DNA of 43,722 nucleotides from an uncultured Gammaproteobacteria bacterium (GTDB lineage Bacteria > Patescibacteriota > Patescibacteriia > UBA9934 > GWF2-40-263): assembly GCA_964588505.1 (NCBI GenBank), contig CAZPPQ010000002.1:1-43722 (forward strand), written 5' to 3'. Shown piece by piece: positions 19,928 through 27,292 of the stretch. A model generated the notes under the pieces. The model was not told the origin of the DNA. It made no database searches and saw only the letters and a program-made list of their open reading frames with translations. Within the stretch, counting starts at the first letter, position 1. Each line of letters starts with the position of its first letter. A program made the position numbers and the translations under genes.

Positions 19928-19954
19928 AAAAAAACCGCACCTGTTTAGGTGCGG
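19928..19954 (-). terminator. intrinsic terminator of the PRTase-like gene
   Basis: The minus strand reads ccgcacc taaaca ggtgcgg followed by TTTTTTT. The stop codon lies in the loop. Confidence 0.65.
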
Positions 19955-20577
19955 GAAGGCGCTAAGTCACGCGCCTGAATCAAGAAGTCGACAAGTTCAG
20001 AGTCGTGTGGAAACAACTGTTTCCTCATCTCCTCTTCTGTCAGCCCCTCGAGCTCGTGGCTCAAGTAGTGCAACCACGGGTCATCTTCAGGTTTCCGAAG
20101 CTCATAACACTGGTGCCAGAAGTCCGGCACAACGAGCGGCGGCGGGTTGAGATAGATCCGTCTTTTGTAGTCATGAACCGCAACCTTGATGTCATTTCTT
20201 GGAATTCCCTTGTTCATAATGATGCCTACAAGGTGGCTGATCGTGAGACCGCGATCGTACACATCGTCTAGGAAAAGAACTCTGTCTCCACAGCGCAAGT
20301 GATCGGGATGATAGGTCCAGCCCTCGACACGAACCTCTTCTCGTTCCCCAATGCCTGTGTAGGAACGGGCTGTCACGGCCGCGAAGAGAATACGGCGAAG
20401 TTCCGGGTGCTCCGCCCGCACCCACTTGAAAAATTCGCTGATCGGATTTCCTGTATTGGCCCCTCCGCGAAGGACGATGTAAATCACATCAGGATAGAAT
20501 CCGCTGGCATAAATTTGAGCGCCCAATCGAAAAGAATTGTTACGCATCGTCTCGGGACTGATGAACACTTTGTGCAT
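19945..20577 (-). CDS. type I phosphoribosyltransferase-fold protein (Gpt/Hpt-like)
   Basis: FYPDVIYIVLRGGANTGNPISEFF and the PRPP-loop-like sequence RVLFLDDVYDRGLTISH are present. The start is taken at the ATG at 20577 (MHKVFISPE), with GGAGG 6 nt upstream. The ORF-track TTG at 20589 lies within that SD. Confidence 0.6.
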   Translation of the reverse strand: MHKVFISPETMRNNSFRLGAQIYASGFYPDVIYIVLRGGANTGNPISEFFKWVRAEHPELRRILFAAVTARSYTGIGEREEVRVEGWTYHPDHLRCGDRVLFLDDVYDRGLTISHLVGIIMNKGIPRNDIKVAVHDYKRRIYLNPPPLVVPDFWHQCYELRKPEDDPWLHYLSHELEGLTEEEMRKQLFPHDSELVDFLIQARDLAPSRT

Positions 20578-20670
20578 TTGGTCCTCCAAACCACGCGAGG
20601 TGGTTTCGACACTTTAGACGATCTTCATAAGGTGTACAAGTCCGGCCTTATGCCTTAGGATAATCGGCAT

Positions 20671-21327
20671 ATGTCTGTCCTTACGCGCTTTGCGATTCAA
20701 AAAATCATCAAAGATGGTGGGATTGTTTTTGATCCGCCGCTCGATGCCTTTCAACTCCAGCCGCATGCCGTGGATTTGCGCCTTGGTTATAAATTTCTCA
20801 TCCCGCGCAACTGGACCATTGATGATCGAGGCCGCCGCGCAATCAGCATTTCGATTGATCATCCGGAAGCTTATCAAGGCCAATTCGATGAAGTTGTGTT
20901 AAAGCATGGCCAATACTTCGAGCTCCTCCCGAACGAATTCGTGATTGGCACATCGCTTGAATATGTCGAGATGAACGCGCCAAACTTGATGGCCCTGCTC
21001 TTTCCGAGAACATCCACAAACCGGCGCGGTATTGATCTCTCTCTTTCCGGCATCATAGACGCCGGATACAAGGGGCGGCTTATCTTTCCGATGAAAAATG
21101 AGGCTGGCAATCAGGTGCTGCGCATCTACCCGGGCGAACGCGTCTGCCAGATCATTTTCGAAGAACTCTCTTCTCCGCTCACGAAAGAAGAAACAACTCA
21201 ACATGGAGTCGCCCCGGCAAAATACAGCGGCCTTGAAACGAATGGGTTTAAGCTCGATAAAGACGAAGAAAGACAAATTCTGATCAAGGGACAAATTGAA
21301 GAACTGAAAAAACGGTTCGGGATCTAA
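20671..21327 (+). CDS. Dcd/dUTPase-superfamily protein; predicted dNTP pyrophosphatase rather than dCTP deaminase
   Basis: The N- and C-termini are Dcd-like (QPHAVDLRLGYKF; PAKYSGLETNGFKLDK). The core reads GIIDAGYKGRLIFPMKN and PGERVCQIIF. Pro sits where E. coli Dcd has the catalytic Glu138 (VLEFYN), and the PGERxxQxIF motif is dUTPase-like. Confidence 0.7.
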   Translation: MSVLTRFAIQKIIKDGGIVFDPPLDAFQLQPHAVDLRLGYKFLIPRNWTIDDRGRRAISISIDHPEAYQGQFDEVVLKHGQYFELLPNEFVIGTSLEYVEMNAPNLMALLFPRTSTNRRGIDLSLSGIIDAGYKGRLIFPMKNEAGNQVLRIYPGERVCQIIFEELSSPLTKEETTQHGVAPAKYSGLETNGFKLDKDEERQILIKGQIEELKKRFGI

Positions 21328-21839
21328 AAAAGGCCGAGGCGTTTGCGGACTTCGTCAGGATAATCCGCCAGTGTTTCGCGATACACGTTTTCACGGCTGA
21401 AAAGCTCGTGAGCGTTTTCGACGAGATACGCGTCGCTGATTCCGGCATCTATCAACACATTCCAGCACGGCTCACACATCCACCAGTGGCCATACATATA
21501 CACATCCGCGCCTTCGGTCGGAATATTTGCTTCGCGCGCGACTTTCATCAACATGGGTTCCGAATGTCCTTCCGCATCGTGCAAATGACAAAGATCATAA
21601 CCTTCGCCGGTTTTGCATCCGGCCAAAATACGCGGGCACAGATGTTTTTGCGGTTTCTGATTAAACCCGTTCCCTGCGCGCGCGATCACTTCGCCGCCGC
21701 GCGCTAAAACAATTCCAACCGGAAACAGCGAATCGCCTGCGCATTCCGCGCGCGCTTTCGCGGCCGCCTGCATACACGGATGGTCTGCCGGAACAAATTT
21801 GAACGCGTAACCATGAGGGAGATAGGGATATCGCACCAT
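21324..21839 (-). CDS. CDA-fold (dCMP deaminase-like) zinc deaminase
   Basis: Segments: VGIVLARGGEVIARAGNG, HSE (the H[AS]E zinc/catalytic motif), and MCEPCWNVLIDAGI (CxxC). It has a 4-nt convergent overlap with the Dcd-family gene. Confidence 0.7.
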   Translation of the reverse strand: MVRYPYLPHGYAFKFVPADHPCMQAAAKARAECAGDSLFPVGIVLARGGEVIARAGNGFNQKPQKHLCPRILAGCKTGEGYDLCHLHDAEGHSEPMLMKVAREANIPTEGADVYMYGHWWMCEPCWNVLIDAGISDAYLVENAHELFSRENVYRETLADYPDEVRKRLGLF

Positions 21840-21853
21840 AGGTTCAATAGGAC

Positions 21854-22360
21854 CTATTTTTTTACTCGATAATGCAGTAAAACTGCCTGCATTCCGAGTT
21901 GGGACATTTCGACAAACTCCAAATTCACGCGCCCAAAATCTTTTGTGAGGGGGAGACCATTTCCGAACAGATACGGCTCGATGGTCACAAAAATCTCATC
22001 AACGAGTCCGCCTGCCAAAAATTGGCTGTACACTGATGCACCACCGCACACGGCTAAACTAACAACACCTTCTCGGTTCAGCCGATCCACAAGTTGGGCC
22101 GGCGACTCGGTCGTGAATTCGACCCCTTCAAGAGTCGGATTCTCTTCGCCGGGAAACGACAGCACAAATATCTTACGATCCTTGAGCGGCTTACCGATGG
22201 TCTGAAATGTCTTTCGCCCCATCACGATGATACCGATCTCTTTTGTCTTTTTCACGAAAAATTGCAGATCCTCTTTTGAAGTCCACACCAAAGAACTCTG
22301 TGCGGCAGATTCGGCGATCTTTCCATCAAGAGAAGTGGCGACGATCAGGAAAACAATCAT
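21854..22360 (-). CDS. RibD C-terminal domain / dihydrofolate reductase-family protein
   Basis: Segments: MIVFLIVATSLDGKIA, WTSKEDLQFF, IIVMGRKTFQTIG, and CGGASVYSQFL. It lies immediately downstream of the TS homolog. Confidence 0.7.
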   Translation of the reverse strand: MIVFLIVATSLDGKIAESAAQSSLVWTSKEDLQFFVKKTKEIGIIVMGRKTFQTIGKPLKDRKIFVLSFPGEENPTLEGVEFTTESPAQLVDRLNREGVVSLAVCGGASVYSQFLAGGLVDEIFVTIEPYLFGNGLPLTKDFGRVNLEFVEMSQLGMQAVLLHYRVKK

Positions 22361-22364
22361 AGAC

Positions 22365-22446
22365 GCGGTCTATAGCTTATAGGTTATTGGAAAAATTGGC
22401 GGTCTTTAACTCCTATAAGCTATCACCTATAACCTATAAGCTATCG
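22365..22446. repeat. CCTATAA-type heptamer repeats with a perfect 16-bp inverted repeat
   Basis: atagcttataggttat (22372-22387) pairs with ataacctataagctat (22429-22444). Also present are cctataa gctatca cctataa cctataa gctatcg and a gcggtct direct repeat (22365-22371, 22399-22405). Confidence 0.85.
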
Positions 22447-23286
22447 TTAATACACATTCACCGTAATCGGAATATCTTTGATTGAATCCATTGGTTGATA
22501 CTGCGATTTAAGCTGATCAAACAGCTCTTGCACAAGAGCCGCGTCCCCATTCACGGCCCTGTCATAACTCCCGGGCGGCACGACGAGCTTGATTGGAAGA
22601 TGCTCGTTCGCGCGCGCGATAATTTCGCGCGCCGCGTTAAAATGATTATCGTAAATGTGCGCATTGCTGATGGAGTGCGTGTAAATGCCGGGCCGGACTC
22701 CAAGCCGTTCGGCAAGGATGCTTTGCAGGAGCGCGAATCCGGCCGCATCGTGCGGACATCCGAGCACCATATCATTGCTCCGAATGATATTGTGCAGGTG
22801 CAGTCTTCCTCCCGCGATATTCACGGTAAACGAATACGGACACGGTAAATTTTTCTTCGCATCCGCGCGCAATCCGTCGTCAGCCGGATCCCACGTAATG
22901 ATCACACCGTGACGCGAAGACGGATTTTGCGCGAGATGATCCATGAGCATTTCGATCTGGTTGCGCCCGAAATGTTTGCGCCAACGATACCCATACGCGG
23001 CCTTGATCATCCCATCCTCCTCTCGAAACGAATCCCACACCGGAGTGAACTGCCGGAGCCATGTCGGATCATTCGACCCCTGCAAAAACCAAAGCTGTTC
23101 CGCGATAAAAAGTTTGAGTGGAATTTTTCGCAGGGTAAGAAGCGGAAAACTTTCTTCCGTATCCACGCGCAATGTTACGCCCGGCAACATGCGCGGCGTG
23201 CGCCCGGACCACGGATTCGGCTGATCAATACCGTGTTCGAGGATGTCGCGAATTGCTGTTTGGTATTGCGCATCAAAGGGAGTCAT
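22447..23286 (-). CDS. thymidylate synthase (ThyA) family enzyme with Asp at the Asn177-equivalent position; substrate uncertain (dCMP/dUMP)
   Basis: ThyA-like segments: FPLLTLRKIPLKLFIAEQLWFLQG, YGYRWR, NPSSRHGVIITWD, the catalytic Cys in LPCPYSF, IRSNDMVLGCPHDAAGFALL, SNAHIYDNH, and a ThyA-like C-terminal tail. Confidence 0.85.
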   Translation of the reverse strand: MTPFDAQYQTAIRDILEHGIDQPNPWSGRTPRMLPGVTLRVDTEESFPLLTLRKIPLKLFIAEQLWFLQGSNDPTWLRQFTPVWDSFREEDGMIKAAYGYRWRKHFGRNQIEMLMDHLAQNPSSRHGVIITWDPADDGLRADAKKNLPCPYSFTVNIAGGRLHLHNIIRSNDMVLGCPHDAAGFALLQSILAERLGVRPGIYTHSISNAHIYDNHFNAAREIIARANEHLPIKLVVPPGSYDRAVNGDAALVQELFDQLKSQYQPMDSIKDIPITVNVY

Positions 23287-23358
23287 ACGGAAGTCATCTT
23301 AACCGAACCACGAGTCTGTTCCTAGTGGATAACTTTCTCTACAAAATTTCTCCATTTT

Positions 23359-23367
23359 TGCTATACT
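23359..23367 (+). promoter_or_regulatory. extended -10 (TGCTATACT) 6 nt upstream of the tmk-like ATG (leaderless)
   Basis: The sequence reads tttTGcTATACT attgtt ATG. No SD sequence is present. Confidence 0.45.
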
Positions 23368-23373
23368 ATTGTT

Positions 23374-24093
23374 ATGTCCTCTGGACGTTTTATTGTCGTG
23401 GATGGCATTGCCGGAAGCGGCAAGACTTCCATTCTTGATGCGGCCTCGGTGTGGGCAAAAACTTGCAACCACCGAATTTTCGATTTACGGACTTGGGAGG
23501 AGGAGCGTGGAACAGCTCCGCGCTTCGAGGATGTGCCGAATCACGACGTGTATTTTACGTATGAACCGACGCGTGTTTGGATCGGCGCGGCCATCCGGCA
23601 CGAACTTTCCCGCAAAGACACGCCGTACGATGGGAAGACGCTTGCACACGTTTTTGCCGCTGATCGTCTCATTGCCTATCGGCGCCTCGTCATTCCGGCG
23701 CTCGAAGCCGGAAAAATCGTGATTCAAGATCGAAGCGTCTCCACATCAATTGTCTATCAGCCGATCATGCCGGACGGATATTCGCTTGAGGAACTCCTCG
23801 CGCTTCCGGGCAACGCGCTCGCCATGCAATATCCGCCGAACCATTTGATTCTCACGCGTCTGCCGCCGGAAATGGCCGTTGATAGACTCGGGGGGCGACA
23901 AGAGGAATCACGAGGAGTGTTCGCCGAGCTCGAGTATCTAAAACGCGTTCAAGCAAGATTTGAAAGCGATTGGTTCCGCAAATTGTACGAGTCGCGTGGC
24001 ACACGAATTCACTTTCTCGACACGAGCGTTGAAAAGGAACGGATGATCATGAACGCAAAAACCATCATTGATCACATTTTAACGACTTGTTAG
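23374..24093 (+). CDS. tmk: thymidylate kinase-family (d)NMP kinase
   Basis: The P-loop is VVDGIAGSGKTS. Also present are FTYEPT, AADRLIAYRRLVIPALEAGKIVIQDRSVSTSIVYQ (the DR/YQ motifs of Tmk), and a lid-like GGRQEESRGVFAE. Confidence 0.75.
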   Translation: MSSGRFIVVDGIAGSGKTSILDAASVWAKTCNHRIFDLRTWEEERGTAPRFEDVPNHDVYFTYEPTRVWIGAAIRHELSRKDTPYDGKTLAHVFAADRLIAYRRLVIPALEAGKIVIQDRSVSTSIVYQPIMPDGYSLEELLALPGNALAMQYPPNHLILTRLPPEMAVDRLGGRQEESRGVFAELEYLKRVQARFESDWFRKLYESRGTRIHFLDTSVEKERMIMNAKTIIDHILTTC

Positions 24094-24099
24094 CAACCT

Positions 24100-24966
24100 A
24101 TGTCAAAACTCATCTCAATCGGTTCCTTAATTGATCTCACTTGGGATCGGTTCCGCGCGTCATTGCCGGATTATGTCAGTCTCGCGAGCGTGATACTCAT
24201 TGCCGCTCTCATTCAATTAGTCGGTTTGATTTTGTTTCCGCTCGCAAGCGAACTTCTGTCGGCAAATCCGATAAGCGGATCAGAGACTGCCGGCGTTGTC
24301 ATATATGCTTTCGGCAGTCTCGTCGCCGCTTTTCTCGGATTCGCGGTCTATGTCGGCGTCGTGCGCCTGACGAACCGCCCGACGATACAATCGTTTTCTC
24401 TCGCGGAAGCCTTGGAAGAAAACAAAAAATATTTTGTCCGGTCTTTTGTCGCCGCGGTCCTGTTTGGACTTCTGATTGTCGCCGCATTCGCCATCGGTCT
24501 TGTGCCGTCATCGCTTTTCGTCCTTCTCTCTCCTTTCATTTCATCTCCGATCATTCTCGCGATTTTGGATCTTTTGTTGATCGTTTTCATCCTGGGAAGT
24601 TATCTCATGGTTCTCATCTGGTCCGTAGAATACTACTTTGCTCCTTACAGCGCGCTCCTCGACAAAAAAATCGGCAAAGACGCCCTCAAACACAGCCGAT
24701 CTTTAGTCCGCGGACGCTTCTGGTCCGTATTCTTACGTCTCACGATCCCAAAATTGGTCTTTGCTCTGTTTGCCGTCCTTATCCTCACAGTTTTATATTA
24801 TGTCGCTCTGCTCTTTATCAATATCTTTGCGGGATTAAGCGTGGATCTCCGCATCCGTCTCTTCTCGATTGTAAAAACCATTTTTCCGATGATTGTCGCG
24901 GTGTTTATAAGTCCGCTTCTCATCATCGCGGATACCATGCTTTACAAGAGCTTGACCGAGCGCTAA
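24100..24966 (+). CDS. polytopic membrane protein (paralog 1)
   Basis: It is 288 aa with about 6 TM segments and the motif ALKHSRSLVRGRFWSVF, which is shared with the next gene. Confidence 0.65.
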   Translation: MSKLISIGSLIDLTWDRFRASLPDYVSLASVILIAALIQLVGLILFPLASELLSANPISGSETAGVVIYAFGSLVAAFLGFAVYVGVVRLTNRPTIQSFSLAEALEENKKYFVRSFVAAVLFGLLIVAAFAIGLVPSSLFVLLSPFISSPIILAILDLLLIVFILGSYLMVLIWSVEYYFAPYSALLDKKIGKDALKHSRSLVRGRFWSVFLRLTIPKLVFALFAVLILTVLYYVALLFINIFAGLSVDLRIRLFSIVKTIFPMIVAVFISPLLIIADTMLYKSLTER

Positions 24967-24993
24967 CCCTGACGAGAGACCTCTGATATCTCT

Positions 24994-25704
24994 ATGCCGC
25001 CACTATCTGATCTCTTCCGTGCCACTTTCAGATTCTACCGCGCGTATGCGCCGATTCTCGGCGGCTATCTCGCTTGGCTTCTCATTCCATATACCTGTTT
25101 AACTCTTTTTCAATTTGTTCCGGATGGAATTGTAAAAAACATCGGCAAGGCTGTTTTTGAGTTCGCGGCAGGAATAATGGGAATCTGGATTTTTATTTTT
25201 CTCTCGCAACTCATCCATGAGTTGATCCATAATCGAGAAACCGATCCGGTCATCTTGCGCAAACAGACGCGCAACCTTTTTGTGCCAGTCATTGCCGTCG
25301 GATTTTTGTATGCGCTCATTGTCTTTGGGGGCATCGCGCTTCTTATCATTCCGGGCATTCTTTTTTTTGTGTGGTTCGCTCTTGCCCAGCTTGCTGTTAT
25401 TTTGGAACGCAAGCGCGGATGGGAAGCGTTTACATTCAGCAAGTCTCTCGTCCGCGGACATTTTTTCCGCGCTGCGGCCATCATCTATACCGGACCGTTT
25501 GTCTTTTCCGCAGGATTGATGATCGCTGTTCTTGGAATCGGAGCCGTCATCTCCTCGATTGTTGGGCTTCAATTGTTTGCCGCCTCAAACGAAGCGCCGC
25601 TCTGGCTTGAGATTATTGATATTTTGATTCAATTGTTCGTTATGATTCCGCTTACGCTCATCTATTCCATTTTCGCGTACGACGTGTTAAATAGTAGGCG
25701 TTAG
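24994..25704 (+). CDS. polytopic membrane protein (paralog 2)
   Basis: It is 236 aa with about 6 TM segments and the motif AFTFSKSLVRGHFFRAA. The stop codon TAG lies inside a gcgttaggg repeat unit. Confidence 0.65.
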   Translation: MPPLSDLFRATFRFYRAYAPILGGYLAWLLIPYTCLTLFQFVPDGIVKNIGKAVFEFAAGIMGIWIFIFLSQLIHELIHNRETDPVILRKQTRNLFVPVIAVGFLYALIVFGGIALLIIPGILFFVWFALAQLAVILERKRGWEAFTFSKSLVRGHFFRAAAIIYTGPFVFSAGLMIAVLGIGAVISSIVGLQLFAASNEAPLWLEIIDILIQLFVMIPLTLIYSIFAYDVLNSRR

Positions 25705-25753
25705 GGCTTTAGGCGTTAGCTCGAGCTAAAGGCTAACGGCTAAAGGCTAAAGG
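25697..25753. repeat. TTAGG-type 7-8-mer boundary repeats, inverted blocks
   Basis: The sequence is ggcgttag ggctttag gcgttagc tcga gctaaag gctaacg gctaaag gctaaagg. The last unit provides AAGG 6 nt before the gatB ATG. Confidence 0.85.
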
Positions 25754-25759
25754 TTCACT

Positions 25760-27292
25760 ATGACTCTCGAACCCATCATAGGCCTGGAGATTCACATCCA
25801 GCTCAAAACAAAAAGCAAAATGTTCTGTGCCTGCCAGGCTCATGAGGTCGCAACACCGAACACAAATATCTGCCCTGTTTGCATGGGTCATCCCGGCACG
25901 CTTCCGGTCGTGAACGCCGAGGCTGTGCGTTTTGGAATTCGCATGGGGCTTGCGCTTGAATGCAAAATCGCTGATCGGTCAAAATTCGACCGCAAGAATT
26001 ATTTTTATCCGGACCTGCCGAAAGCGTATCAGATTTCCCAATACGATATGCCGATCGCGGAAAAAGGATCGATGAAAATTGAAGTTCCGAATAATCCACG
26101 CTCCCCAATTACGATCGGCATCACACGAGCTCATCTGGAAGAAGACGCGGCAAAAAATATCCATGACAAGGATGGGAAGACTTACGTGGATTTCAACCGC
26201 GGTGGTACGCCACTCATTGAAATTGTCACGGAACCGGATTTCCGCAGTCCGGAAGAGGCCAAGACATTCTTGCAAGAACTGCGTCTCATCGCGCGTTATC
26301 TCGGCATTTCTGATGCGGACATGGAAAAAGGACATTTGAGATGCGACGCCAACATTTCACTTCGTCCGATTGACGAGGACAACAATGTCATCAGCCCAAA
26401 ACTCCATCCAAAAACGGAAATCAAAAATATCAACTCATTTCGACACGTGGAACGTGCGCTCTCGTACGAAATACAGCGACAAACGAAACTCTGGAACGCC
26501 GGAACCCCTCCGGCTGTTTCGACGACGCGCGGGTGGAATGATGTCAAACAAGTGACCGAGGAACAACGCACAAAAGAGGCAGCCGAGGATTATCGCTACT
26601 TTCCGGAGCCGGATTTACCGGCTTTGGATTTGCGCGAGCTGACAGAACAAAGCAAAAACGAACTTCCGGAGCTTCCTGCGCAAAAACGTCTCCGTTTTGT
26701 AAAAGAATATGCGCTGAAGTCTGGAGACGCCCGACAGATCTGCGATGATCTTGCACTTGCAAATTTTACTGAACATGTTTTTTCCGAGCTTCATGCGTGG
26801 CTCGATTCCCTCCCAGAGCTTGATCGCGCGCAAGAAGAAATTTGGACAAAAGAATGCGGGCGCGTGGGCAAGCTTGTGGCCGGATGGCTCCTATCAAAGC
26901 TCGGCGGCATCTTGGCCGAACACAAAAGTGACATCCGTATCATGCATATCAGTCCGGAAAACTTCGCGGAATTTATCACCTTACTCGCCACGAACCGGCT
27001 CTCGACCACGAACGGAATGAAAGTACTCGAAGAAATGTTTTTGACCGGAGCGGACCCATCGCATATTATGGAAGAAAAACAGCTTGGCAAGATGGATGAC
27101 ACATCCACGCTCGCGGACGCGATTGATCAAGTGATTGCACAGAATCCCATTGAAGCCGAACGCTATCGCGCCGGCGACAAAAAGCTCATCGCCTTTTTCA
27201 TCGGCCAAGTGATGAAAACGACCGAGGGCGCGGCTGATGCGAAGGAGACAAAAAATTTGCTCGCAGTGAAGCTCGAAAATATTGGGCGTTAG
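25760..27292 (+). CDS. gatB: Asp-tRNA(Asn)/Glu-tRNA(Gln) amidotransferase subunit B
   Basis: Segments: EPIIGLEIHIQLKTKSKMFC, NTNICPVCMGHPGTLPV, DRKNYFYPDLPKAYQISQ, and the C-terminal GatB/YqeY region LIAFFIGQVMKTTEGAADAK. Confidence 0.95.
   Translation: MTLEPIIGLEIHIQLKTKSKMFCACQAHEVATPNTNICPVCMGHPGTLPVVNAEAVRFGIRMGLALECKIADRSKFDRKNYFYPDLPKAYQISQYDMPIAEKGSMKIEVPNNPRSPITIGITRAHLEEDAAKNIHDKDGKTYVDFNRGGTPLIEIVTEPDFRSPEEAKTFLQELRLIARYLGISDADMEKGHLRCDANISLRPIDEDNNVISPKLHPKTEIKNINSFRHVERALSYEIQRQTKLWNAGTPPAVSTTRGWNDVKQVTEEQRTKEAAEDYRYFPEPDLPALDLRELTEQSKNELPELPAQKRLRFVKEYALKSGDARQICDDLALANFTEHVFSELHAWLDSLPELDRAQEEIWTKECGRVGKLVAGWLLSKLGGILAEHKSDIRIMHISPENFAEFITLLATNRLSTTNGMKVLEEMFLTGADPSHIMEEKQLGKMDDTSTLADAIDQVIAQNPIEAERYRAGDKKLIAFFIGQVMKTTEGAADAKETKNLLAVKLENIGR

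Noticed and set aside
24141-24986. A 281-aa ORF in an alternative frame over the first membrane-protein gene.
   Set aside because: It is an Arg/Ser/Cys-rich frame-shifted reading of a hydrophobic gene. The 24100-24966 frame gives coherent TM segments and has a paralog next door.
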